Below the pieces are notes generated by a model, which had not been told where the DNA came from, searched no databases, and saw only the letters and a list, made by a program, of their open reading frames with translations. A stretch of DNA of 64,000 nucleotides, taken from contig JAKZRU010000001.1 of assembly GCA_047517965.1 (NCBI GenBank), forward strand, positions 39,714 through 103,713, read 5' to 3'. Source of the stretch: Gammaproteobacteria bacterium (GTDB lineage: Bacteria > Pseudomonadota > Gammaproteobacteria > Arenicellales > JAJDZL01). How positions within the stretch are numbered: the stretch's first letter is position 1; each line of letters opens with the position of its first letter. The translations under genes and the position numbers were made by a program. Shown here in pieces: positions 46,580 through 56,700 of the stretch.

Positions 46580-47860
46580 ATGGAAAACAAAGTAATGCAA
46601 ACTTCAAGACGTAAGTTTCTTAAACAAGTTGCTGCAGGGGCTACTACGGCGACAGCAGTAGGAATTATTCCGAGCCGCGCTTTCTCTGCCAACAAAATGT
46701 TGACCGTTGGTATGAACATTCCAATGACCGGTGATTTAGCACCTTGGGGGCTGCCCGGATTCTATGGTTGTGAAATTATCGCCAACAATATTAATGCCGC
46801 AGGCGGCGTCACGATTGGCGGTGAAACCTATGACATCAACATTGCAACCTATGATCATGCATACGATACCGAGGCAGCGATTCAAGGCATGAAGAAATTG
46901 ACGTTGGAAGATGATGCAAAAATGGTAATGATGCTTGGTGGTGCGACTGTCGGTGCAATACTTCCCTGGACGACCCGTAAGAATGTGCTCTCCACGACAT
47001 TGTTGCCAAGCGACATCACACCGGATTCAAACTACCTTGTTGCGACTTGTGAATCACACCCGTTGTACAACGTAACCGGTGTTGAATATCTGGCTAGAAA
47101 TTTCCCGGATGCGAAGACGGCTGTCATTGTCACGAACAACGACGCTGAATATGGTCTGCAGTCTACCGCAACCTACAATGCAGCATTTGAAGTGGCCGGT
47201 ATTGAGGTAGTTGATACCAACCTGCACGGATTTGACGTTACCGACTTTGCGCCAATCGTCAGTTCCGTTCTGGCGAAAAATCCTGACATATTCTGTATGG
47301 CGACAAGTTTTTATGTCACGCCGATCATGGAACAGTTATACCATCAAGGATTTGAAGGCAAAATAATTTCCTGCACACTGGACTACTATGACGAGATCAT
47401 TGCAAAAACCAGCGTTGATTTTGTCAATGGTACAATTTTTCAGTTCCCGGATTTTGATGATCCAGCCCTGCTACAGGAAGGCATTAGTTTTCCTGACCCA
47501 GCGGGATTCGATGCGGCGTTCCGCAAAGATCATCCAAATGACTGGTCTGCGGTTGCCTGGGAATATCCCGTCAAACTGCTGAACTGGCTGGAAAATGCCA
47601 AAGCTGCCGGTAGTGTCAATTCAGAAGATGTAATTTCACAAATGACTGGCAACGCTCAGGACTTCGTCTTTGGTGGCGGAAACTGGTGGGGCAGCCAATT
47701 ATGGGGGCTTGACAACGTTCTGGTCGGACGTTGGCCAGTTGTCGTAGTTCAGGATGGAAAAGCTCGAATTCAGGAATACGGCGATCTCGCTGCATGGCTG
47801 GACGCGAACAATGACACCCTGATCAAACACATGAAAGAATTGGGTCTGCGAACCGTGTAA
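46580..47860 (+). CDS. ABC transporter substrate-binding protein, LivJ/amide-urea-type (type-1 periplasmic binding fold)
   Basis: 426 aa. GGAGGA RBS. Tat-type signal SRRKFLKQVAAGATTATAVGIIPSRAFSA. Followed by its own terminator and then four Liv-type genes. Confidence 0.8.
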   Translation: MENKVMQTSRRKFLKQVAAGATTATAVGIIPSRAFSANKMLTVGMNIPMTGDLAPWGLPGFYGCEIIANNINAAGGVTIGGETYDINIATYDHAYDTEAAIQGMKKLTLEDDAKMVMMLGGATVGAILPWTTRKNVLSTTLLPSDITPDSNYLVATCESHPLYNVTGVEYLARNFPDAKTAVIVTNNDAEYGLQSTATYNAAFEVAGIEVVDTNLHGFDVTDFAPIVSSVLAKNPDIFCMATSFYVTPIMEQLYHQGFEGKIISCTLDYYDEIIAKTSVDFVNGTIFQFPDFDDPALLQEGISFPDPAGFDAAFRKDHPNDWSAVAWEYPVKLLNWLENAKAAGSVNSEDVISQMTGNAQDFVFGGGNWWGSQLWGLDNVLVGRWPVVVVQDGKARIQEYGDLAAWLDANNDTLIKHMKELGLRTV

Positions 47861-47875
47861 TTTCTGCGGCGAACA

Positions 47876-47912
47876 AAAAGGGGGAGGGAACTGCATTCTC
47901 TCCCCTTTTTTT
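47876..47912 (+). terminator. Rho-independent terminator or attenuator after the binding-protein gene
   Basis: AAAAAGGGGGAGgga-actgcat-tCTCTCCCCTTTTTTT. GC-rich stem followed by a T7 run. Confidence 0.6.
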
Positions 47913-47946
47913 AGTATTGGAACCTTTCTAGTTTGAGAAGAGTCTA

Positions 47947-48816
47947 TTGGACCTGTTGATCCAAACCATTGTGAACGGAATCATTCAGAGCGGATTTTAC
48001 GCTTTGGCAGCAATCGGTCTCGTACTGGTTTTCGGTGTGATGCGGGTTGTAAATTTCGCACATGGCGAGTTGGTCATGATTGGTGCTTACACCGTATGGT
48101 ATGTCCATGCGCAAAACCACGTGCCTTACCTACTCACGGTTGTTCTCGCAATTGCCTTAGTTGCTGGCATCGGCCTGCTGATGGAGCGGTTCCTGTTTCG
48201 TCCCATGATCAACGACCCACTGGGCGGACTGATTTGTTCGATCGGGGTGTTGTTCATTTTGCAGGTTATTGCTTCGTTTCTCGGTGGTGAAGGGCCTTCC
48301 AAACAGGTTCCTCCACCGTTTGAAGGTACGATGATCATTCAGGATTCGATTCGAATTCCCTATCAGCGGCTGTTCAGCATTACTGTTTCCGTCGCAGCGC
48401 TCGTCGTTCTGTGGTATTTCCTTACTAGAACTAGACTGGGCTGGGCTTTGCGTGCAGTTTCACAGGATCGAGAAGCGGCAGCTCTGCAAGGAATCAGTTC
48501 AGTACGAATTTCAATGATTGCAATCGGAGTCGGTGCGGGTCTGGCGGGTCTGGCGGGTGCTCTGATTGCGCCGTTGACTAACATAAACCCGCACATGGGA
48601 CACAACGTCATTATTACTGCTTTTATCGTAACGATCGTCGGTGGAATCGGAAGCCTTCCGGGAGCTGTTATTGCATCCGTACTTTATGCGTTGTTCCATA
48701 CCTTTGTTACAACATACTTCAGCGGTACGATTGCTACCATATCGGGACTGCTGATCATGGTTTTGATACTGATCGTACGTCCGACAGGAATCATGGGGCA
48801 GAAGATCAGTGAATAG
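47947..48816 (+). CDS. Branched-chain-amino-acid-type ABC permease (LivH-like)
   Basis: 289 aa, TTG start, highly hydrophobic. NFAHGELVMIGAY block is typical of LivH. Confidence 0.85.
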   Translation: MDLLIQTIVNGIIQSGFYALAAIGLVLVFGVMRVVNFAHGELVMIGAYTVWYVHAQNHVPYLLTVVLAIALVAGIGLLMERFLFRPMINDPLGGLICSIGVLFILQVIASFLGGEGPSKQVPPPFEGTMIIQDSIRIPYQRLFSITVSVAALVVLWYFLTRTRLGWALRAVSQDREAAALQGISSVRISMIAIGVGAGLAGLAGALIAPLTNINPHMGHNVIITAFIVTIVGGIGSLPGAVIASVLYALFHTFVTTYFSGTIATISGLLIMVLILIVRPTGIMGQKISE

Positions 48817-49777
48817 GGTGCACTCAATTAATCTAAAGACTGTTGTCGCACTGAGTGTACTGTTTGCGGTTCTTGTTGTACTTCCGCACTTCCTCAAATA
48901 TCATCATCAGGATTTTCTAATTTTTCTCACCATAAACATTCTGGTGGTTGTGAGCTACAGGCTGGTTACACTTACTGGCGAATGGTCACTGATTCACGCC
49001 GTCATGATGGGTGTTGGCGCATATACGAGCGCGATTCTAAGTAAAAACTTCGACATATCCTTTTGGATTACGCTTCCGCTTGCAGGTCTTGCCGCAGGAA
49101 CAATGGCAGCTTTGCTGAGTTATCCGCTGTTTCGCATGACGCAGTTCTATTTCCTGATCGGCTCATTCGCTGCGGGTGAAGCCATTCGACTATGCTGGAT
49201 CCAGTTTATCCAGCCGTTCGGTGGTTCAGGAGGCATCAGTGGAATTCCATCACCGGAACTCTTAAACATTGATTTTCTTGAACCAATCCCGTATTTCTAT
49301 CTTGCTCTTATCATCGTTAGTGTCTGTATATTCCTGCTCTATCGAATCGAGAATTCCAGAATTGGATTGACCTTGCATGCAGTTCACTGGAAAGGCGTGC
49401 TGGCCGAATCCGTCGGGGTGAATACTTGGAACTATCGGTCACTTGCGTTCATAATCGGTTCGTTGTTCGTCGGTTTGGCGGGTGCGCTCAAGGTGCACTA
49501 CATAGGAACGGTAGCTCCCAAGCAATTTGATATCGGCTTTATGGTGTTTATCTTGATCTGGGTGGTCGTGGGCGGTTACAGAACTATTTATGGCGGTATA
49601 GTGGGTGCGGTTGTGCTATCAATTCTCAATGAACTTTTCCGTGAAATTGATCAGCTTCGACCGGCAATCTATGGTGCCACCTTGATCATTTTTATTCTGT
49701 ATCTGCCTGGAGGGATGGAAAGCATCCCGCAGAAGATAAGAAGTCTGCGGCAGATGAGACAAAGGAAGATGACATGA
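48809..49777 (+). CDS. Branched-chain-amino-acid-type ABC permease (LivM-like)
   Basis: 322 aa, GTG start overlapping the previous stop. Hydrophobic. LTGEWSLIHAVMMGVGAY block. Confidence 0.85.
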   Translation: MNRVHSINLKTVVALSVLFAVLVVLPHFLKYHHQDFLIFLTINILVVVSYRLVTLTGEWSLIHAVMMGVGAYTSAILSKNFDISFWITLPLAGLAAGTMAALLSYPLFRMTQFYFLIGSFAAGEAIRLCWIQFIQPFGGSGGISGIPSPELLNIDFLEPIPYFYLALIIVSVCIFLLYRIENSRIGLTLHAVHWKGVLAESVGVNTWNYRSLAFIIGSLFVGLAGALKVHYIGTVAPKQFDIGFMVFILIWVVVGGYRTIYGGIVGAVVLSILNELFREIDQLRPAIYGATLIIFILYLPGGMESIPQKIRSLRQMRQRKMT

Positions 49778-50529
49778 TGCCGATCCTCGAAGTCAAGAAC
49801 CTTATCAAGCAGTTTGGTGGTTTGATCGCAGTGAATGATGTCAGTTTCGAGGTTAACGATGGTGATATTCATGGATTGATTGGTCCGAATGGAGCAGGAA
49901 AAAGCACTACGTTCAAGATTGTTGCCGGATTCATGTCGCCAACTGAGGGCGATGTGCTGTTCCACAATTCAAGCATAAAAGGGCAGAAACCATCGACAAT
50001 TGCCACACTTGGAATCGCACGCACTTTTCAGGAAACAACGCTGTTTCAGGAATTAAGTGTTTTCAACAATATTCTGATCGGTGTTCATAAGGAAGCCCGC
50101 ACCGATATTTTCTCGGCACTCTTGGGACTGGATCATGAAAAGCAGCAGGCTGCTTCTGAAGCAACAACCCAAGTGATTGAGTTTATGGGACTCTCCGATC
50201 GACAGAATCAGTTGGCAGCGGAACTCCCGCTTGGATATCAACGAATTCTTGCAATTTCGATTGCACTGGCATCAAAACCCAGTTTGTTGTTGATGGATGA
50301 GCCGTTTGCAGGCATGAATCCAGAAGAGACCCGACACATGATGGAACTCACTCGGAAAGTCCGGGAAACCGGAATTACGATAGTACTGGTCGAACACAAC
50401 ATGAACGCCATTATGGGATTGTGTGATCGCCTTACTGTATTGAATTTCGGTACTGTTCTGGATGACGGAACGCCGGAGCAGGTGCGAAATAATCCTGATG
50501 TGATTCAGGCCTATCTTGGTGGCAGCTAG
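49774..50529 (+). CDS. ABC ATP-binding protein (LivG-like)
   Basis: Walker A GPNGAGKST, Walker B LLLMDEPFAGMNP. 4-nt overlap with the permease gene. Confidence 0.9.
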   Translation: MMPILEVKNLIKQFGGLIAVNDVSFEVNDGDIHGLIGPNGAGKSTTFKIVAGFMSPTEGDVLFHNSSIKGQKPSTIATLGIARTFQETTLFQELSVFNNILIGVHKEARTDIFSALLGLDHEKQQAASEATTQVIEFMGLSDRQNQLAAELPLGYQRILAISIALASKPSLLLMDEPFAGMNPEETRHMMELTRKVRETGITIVLVEHNMNAIMGLCDRLTVLNFGTVLDDGTPEQVRNNPDVIQAYLGGS

Positions 50530-50540
50530 GAATTATCGCG

Positions 50541-51248
50541 ATGGACCTGGTAGTTTCAAACCTAAAAGTCAATTACCACAATGTTGCAGCGCTGAAAGGC
50601 ATTAGTTTTAGTGTATCCGCAGGCGCTTTTATTACATTGATTGGTTCAAATGGTGCAGGAAAAAGTACGACTCTGCGGGCCATTTCAGGGCTGGTAAGAC
50701 CGAGTGCCGGATCTATCACATTGGACGATCAGAGAATTGACAACATTGCAGCGGACAAGCTACTTTCCATGGGAATTGCTCACGTCCCGGAGGGACGGCG
50801 AGTGTTCAAGGACCTTTCGGTATTGGAAAATCTGCTTCTTGGTGCGTTTATCTATAAAGACCAGCATCGAATCAATCAGGATCTTGACGAAGTGTATCGA
50901 CACTTTCCTGTACTGAAGGATAGGCAGAATCAGCAGGCGAGAACATTGAGCGGTGGCGAGCAGCAGATGCTTTCAATCGGGCGTGCTTTGATGTCGCGTC
51001 CCAAGATTCTGTTGCTTGACGAGCCGTCTTTAGGATTGGCGCCTTTGATCGTTCAGGAAATTGGGGAAATTTTGCAGGAAATTAACAAGCAGGGTGTTAC
51101 TGTCATTCTTGTCGAACAGAATGCAGATTTGGCATTGAAGCTGGTTGACTACGGATATGTTTTGGAAAACGGCAAAATTACCATGAACGACAAGGCCGAA
51201 GCCCTTTCCAACAACGAGCACGTCCAAAAGGCTTATCTCGGAATCTAA
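50541..51248 (+). CDS. ABC ATP-binding protein (LivF-like)
   Basis: Walker A GSNGAGKST, signature LSGGEQQMLSIGRAL, Walker B ILLLDEPSLGLAP. Confidence 0.9.
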   Translation: MDLVVSNLKVNYHNVAALKGISFSVSAGAFITLIGSNGAGKSTTLRAISGLVRPSAGSITLDDQRIDNIAADKLLSMGIAHVPEGRRVFKDLSVLENLLLGAFIYKDQHRINQDLDEVYRHFPVLKDRQNQQARTLSGGEQQMLSIGRALMSRPKILLLDEPSLGLAPLIVQEIGEILQEINKQGVTVILVEQNADLALKLVDYGYVLENGKITMNDKAEALSNNEHVQKAYLGI

Positions 51249-53617
51249 TCGGATTCCGGGTAGATTCCTCGAACTCGGGATTTAGTCGGATCAAAGTGAG
51301 GGAATGGCACAACCTTCGCAGGAATTCGTTTTTGGTGTTGATCCAGTTTGCCAATCTCTATTTCAGTGCCGTCAGCCGCATACTCAATATTCATCTTGCA
51401 CAGGGCGATGGTTTTTCCAAGCACGGGAGAAATGGTTGAACTTGTAATTTCTCCGACTTTGTAGCGTCCCTCAAATACGCCATCTCCACTTGCGGCAGCT
51501 TCCCGGCCGGCAAGCTCAAGACCGACCAACTTGCGTTGCGGGCTCGCCGCCTTACGTCGTTCCAACGCATCGCGGCCGATAAAGTTGTCAGTCTTCGATT
51601 TGAGTGGAACAGTAAATGGTATGCCGGCTTCAAATGGGTCAGTTTGCTCACAAAATTCTTGGCCCGCAAAAATAAGCCCGGCTTCAATGCGAAGAATATC
51701 CAATGCTTCAAGCCCCATGGGTTTGACGGTGGATATGTCCTGTTCCAAAAGAATGCGCCAAACTTTTGAAGCGTCACGAGGGTGACAGAAAATTTCATAG
51801 CCAAGTTCTCCCGTGTAGCCAGTACGAGAAATGATGATTGGCACGCCGGTTGAGTTGCACATCCGGGCAATGGAAAATCGAAACCACTCCAGTTCTGCAA
51901 CAGATGCCTGATCCGGCCGCGTCCAGATCAACTGTTTTAGGATGTTGCGGCTCTCGGGTCCTTGCACCTGAAGATTGGCCAACTGGTCAGTTGAATTTTT
52001 AACCCAGGCCTTCAATCCCAGTTCTTCGGCCTTCTGACGCAGCCACAATCCAGAACCATCACATCCTCCTACCCATCGAAAATTGTTCTGGCCGATGCGA
52101 AAGACCGTGCCATCATCAATCATTCCGCCGGATGGATTGCACATCGCAGTGTACGTTACCTGTCCGGATGAAAGCTTCTTGATGTCTCTCGTCACGCAAG
52201 TCTGAAGAAGCATTTCCGCATCGGGTCCTACAACCTCATATTTTCTCAGCGCTGAAAGATCAATCATCACCGCCCCTTGACGGCAGGCCCAGTATTCTTC
52301 AATTGCGCCTTGGTTGGTATACGCATTTGCTATCCAGTATCCTGCGTATTCGACAAAGTGTCGAGTCAATTTGGAGGTTTCAGAATGAAATCCAGTTTCT
52401 TGTGTCATGGTGGGATCCGCATCTGTGGTTTTTCGAACTGCTATGGACTGTTTGAACATCTCGTTACTACCGTATACGCGCACTTGGATATCAGTTGGAT
52501 TCCAGGCATTGGCCGCGTCAATATCGTCAGGGCATGAAGATGACACGCACACCATATCTCTGAGTGCACGCATAAGCACATAATCTCCCGGCCTGGACCA
52601 GGGTTCATCCATATAAAGCTGAAAACTGTCATCGAAAAAAGAGTTGAAGAATAGATTGATTGCCATCCAGCCTTTTCGAGGAGACACAGGGTATTCTTGG
52701 AGGGCATAATTGAAGTTATCAGAACAGTTGACGTGACCTGGATATCCTGCGTCATCATAGAATTTGCTAGTGCAGGCGAGACCAAAACTGTCGTGCCGAC
52801 CGCAAGTGTCCTGGACCACTTCAATAACAGGTTCTAGATCGAAATCAAAGAATTTCGAGGCAAGACCTGGTCTCGGATAGGCCGCACCTGTAAGTGATCG
52901 GGTTGCAGTTGCATCAAGACAGCGTTCCAAGCCTTTGTCGAGAGATTTTAGGTCAAAGCACTGGAAATCAGAGCACTGGCGTCCGTCTATGTCGAGTATC
53001 TGAATGTATTCTCCAGCCTTCACTTCGTAACTCACTGCAGTTGCCGCTTTGATTGTGAAATCTTGACGCGTGGTTGCCAGTGGATCTGGCAGACCGTTTG
53101 CAATGTGCTGGTTTGGATGACTGCGAGTAACCCATACGATCAGATCGGTCGGTGGGTTCTGTTCACTCACTTTCATTGGTTCGCCAGGAGCACCAATGAT
53201 GACGATGCACTCGGTATTGCAGGTTAGTGTTTCTCGGCACCCCGGTAATGTTTCTCCATCGAGATAAACAGCGGCCTGTGCGTTTGCCAAATCCATGTCG
53301 AATAATTTTAGTTTTGACCTAATTTTGGAGGCGCCGTTTGTATCGCGCTTCAGCATCTGAGCAAGCTTTTGTCCAGTTGTAGCGGTACTATAGGAGAATT
53401 GTCCGGTACTAACTGCACCCTTGGAATCGAAAGCAACGATATGTGCACACTGCAATCCTTCCGGATCGACAATTTCAACAGTGTCGCCAGCGAGAAAGGG
53501 AATAACGACTAGTGCACCGCCTCGGACAGTATAGCGTTCTTGGCCAATGCCGAAATTTGCAAGTCCAGGTTCGCGAACTTGCTTGGAGAAGTCAGATGCT
53601 AGATTTACAGTTGACAT
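51245..53617 (-). CDS. tdm: Trimethylamine-N-oxide demethylase-like (DUF1989-type N-domain + GcvT folate-binding C-domain)
   Basis: About 790 aa from the ATG at 53617 (the track TTG at 53677 is rejected). The C-terminal half has aminomethyltransferase blocks (CRQGAVMIDLSALRKYEVVGPDAEMLLQ; TGYTGELGYEIF). The two-domain length matches my recollection of Tdm. Context is tmm/gmaS. Confidence 0.75.
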   Translation of the reverse strand: MSTVNLASDFSKQVREPGLANFGIGQERYTVRGGALVVIPFLAGDTVEIVDPEGLQCAHIVAFDSKGAVSTGQFSYSTATTGQKLAQMLKRDTNGASKIRSKLKLFDMDLANAQAAVYLDGETLPGCRETLTCNTECIVIIGAPGEPMKVSEQNPPTDLIVWVTRSHPNQHIANGLPDPLATTRQDFTIKAATAVSYEVKAGEYIQILDIDGRQCSDFQCFDLKSLDKGLERCLDATATRSLTGAAYPRPGLASKFFDFDLEPVIEVVQDTCGRHDSFGLACTSKFYDDAGYPGHVNCSDNFNYALQEYPVSPRKGWMAINLFFNSFFDDSFQLYMDEPWSRPGDYVLMRALRDMVCVSSSCPDDIDAANAWNPTDIQVRVYGSNEMFKQSIAVRKTTDADPTMTQETGFHSETSKLTRHFVEYAGYWIANAYTNQGAIEEYWACRQGAVMIDLSALRKYEVVGPDAEMLLQTCVTRDIKKLSSGQVTYTAMCNPSGGMIDDGTVFRIGQNNFRWVGGCDGSGLWLRQKAEELGLKAWVKNSTDQLANLQVQGPESRNILKQLIWTRPDQASVAELEWFRFSIARMCNSTGVPIIISRTGYTGELGYEIFCHPRDASKVWRILLEQDISTVKPMGLEALDILRIEAGLIFAGQEFCEQTDPFEAGIPFTVPLKSKTDNFIGRDALERRKAASPQRKLVGLELAGREAAASGDGVFEGRYKVGEITSSTISPVLGKTIALCKMNIEYAADGTEIEIGKLDQHQKRIPAKVVPFPHFDPTKSRVRGIYPESD

Positions 53618-53798
53618 TGTGCTACCGTGTGCTGAATTAATTTCAGTATAGTATAGCGAGAAAGTAGCTGAAGCCAAACATACGGAGATAGTGAAATTAT
53701 TGTTGTGAACCCCAATGCCAATTGAATTAAATTTGAACGATCTAGGGAGATTAAACCCGAGCGACTCCGCTGCCCAGTTTAGATATTAATGGGCTGAA

Positions 53799-56700
53799 TC
53801 ATGCTTGTGGAATTGAAACATCGATTACGCAGACTGAAATCCTACGTTTTTCATCTGATGTGAGTGCATCAAGTAATCGGTTTCGGAGTTCATCGGCACT
53901 ATTGGGAAGTTTACCCGAATCCGGATTTTGGCAACAATCCCTGCCAAACCAGAATACCAGTAGAATTCCATATCCATTAGAATTCGGGTCGCGCGTATAT
54001 TTTCGAATCAAATGCTCCTGGATAGCGCTCCACAAATCTCGACTGTCACTCTTTTTAACCTCCACCGGCACGTTGTAACCATCGTAAGAAATAAGCATGT
54101 CCGAACGTTTGTCATCCGTATGTTCGACTTCCTTGTGAACGCTTATCCCTAAATGTCGTAGTTCTGTACACAATTTCCCCATCAAGGTATCACGACACAG
54201 ATTTTCTATTCTCGGTCTCTCGGGATTTCGTCCGCTAAAGTTCCAGAAATCCCGCCATCCAGAAGAGTTCCCGTTAGAAATATCATTACCGATGTTTTTA
54301 ATGCAGTCCACTGCTAGTGCAGCAAGGTCAGTGGAATTTGCAGGCTTATTGTTGCTTAGTGTTTCAAGCACCTTTTCAATACTGTAACTACAAAATTCTG
54401 CTTCACGTCTAATGATGCGTTGTCGATGTTGTGCATCAGTAAGGTATCTTTGCCAATCCGGTAAATCTTCCGATAAAGACTGAAGAGATTCACCAGCGGA
54501 TTGGCTTGAATTAGAAGCAAGTTGATCAATAAAGCCACGAATACAGTTAGATGCAAACTTGGCGATTGATATCCAGTCCGTACTTTTGGAATGCTCAAAT
54601 GGACGATATGACGACCCGATCAGCTTTATAAGTTTCTCTAAGACAGAAGAATTTTCTTGAATTGACAACCAAATTGATTTGTCCACGTTGACTGCAAATT
54701 CCGTAAAGTGCCGAATGCGACGCTCATCCTTTTTCAAATAGGAAATTAGTTTTCCACAAAAATCCTCTGGTTCGACAATGAGCCCTGTAGCCAGCCAGTA
54801 AATTTTCTGAGCTACGGTGATACTCTTGCTAGCTATTTTTCTTCTAATCAATTCTAGCAACTGTGCTTTCTCGCAAAATTGGATGGATGCCTGAAGCAGA
54901 CAATTCAAACTCCCAAGTTGTGAGTTCTTGCAATATACAGGAAACAAATTGAGAAGTTTTAACCCTACAAGTGAAGCAACTTCCGCATAATCTTGATCCA
55001 ATGCCAGCTTATTAAGTACGTCAGGAATCTCCTTGTTACGAAATTTCAAACGAGCCCAGTGAACGATAAAGTCGGAAACCAAATCTGGACTGGAGCTAAG
55101 CAATGAAGAAAACCACTTTGGAGATTTAGCTCCTGAATGATTCGGATCAACCCAGTCTGCTGTGGTGTAGTAAAAAGCGAGTGATAAACGACTTTGTTTT
55201 TCATCAAGAGAAATTTCGCTAGGCGGTGCTGATTTGGTAATTTCATCTAACCCGGCTAAATACGGAAGTGCCAGATAGTGATTTTGTTTCCGGCTTTCCA
55301 ACTTTAGAATTTCGGCTACGTCAGGAAGATCATTTCGTTTAATCGAACTTCTGAATGCTTGCATAACTGCATCATGCAATTCTATATCGTCGTTGCAAAT
55401 CCATTTGATGCGGAGCGACGGAGAATCGTCTTGAACATCCATATATCTACCGTAGTAAACTAGGGCCAAATGGTGCAGATAATTCGGAGGGCACCTGTTC
55501 CCCCGCATTGCCGTTAAATAAGGCATCAATCCTGTGTGCCAATCCTGCTGTCGAGTTTGCTCCTGCTTTTCAAATTCGCTTCGCCTTTTGGTTTCCTTTG
55601 CATGATGTTGCTCTGCTTCGACAAGATGACTATTACGCTCTCGCTGAATCTCTTGATACACGCTTTCTTGTATCGTATGGCTTGCAACCTGGAAGTTGAC
55701 TAACTGTGAAACTTCACTATTCAGAGCTTTTTCAAGAAAAAATTTGATTTGTATTCGATCATTTCTAGTCATTGCTTGTTCTAGACACCATGATCCGAAA
55801 TCAACTGGTGCCTCTGCGCCAAATAAACGTCTTTCGATGCTCCGTTTCAACTTTCTGAAATCATCTGAATCCGGACGTTGTTCCATACTGACCAGAATTA
55901 ACTCTTTCTGCATTTCGGGATTTTGAGTTAACCAATTTCTAACGCGTTTGACATCCTCGTAGTCTTGTTGAAAATCAGGTATATCCGACACTAGTCCCAA
56001 CCATCTGTGAAGTTGATCAGGAGTAATTCTTTCTGTCGAAGAAACAAGAATTCTTGACAACAGTTTGATTGGAATTTTACGTATCCAGAGTGGACGTAAG
56101 CGATCAAAACCTTCACCAAAAAATGCGACGTCTTCGGCAGAATCAAGCATTGATATGAGCTGGGTACCGGATGATGTTTCCACGACGTGCCGGTACCAAA
56201 ATTCAAAGTATTTTGCAAACAGTACGGGTTCTTTGGGTTGAAAAAGATATTTCCAAATTTCTGACGAATTCAAATTGTCAGGATAAAGCGCACACAATAC
56301 ATTTCCTAGCAATTCGTCATCTGGGTCTGATACGGTTCCCGCGTACAAATCATTCAGTAATTTTTTTAGTTGTCCAGTAGGCTCAAATCTGTTGGAATAG
56401 CGAATAAATACATCAAGCGCGGTATGGCGTATCCCACTTTTCCATTTTTCATCCCTAACAATTTCCATCACTAGGTCGGCTTGTTCCGGGAACTCTTGTC
56501 CATACTTTAGTGAATTGAGCAAAATTTTTACGAACGACTGTCGCTCATCGTCTCGTCTACGGTCTTGAAGAAATTCTCGAAAATACTGCTCCATGCCAAC
56601 TGACACCAATTCTCCTATCGCGGGGTTAGACTCGAATATTGTCCAACTCCACGGGTCTTTCCTTGACTCGTTGTGAAGACTATCGAAAATCAGCCGCTTC

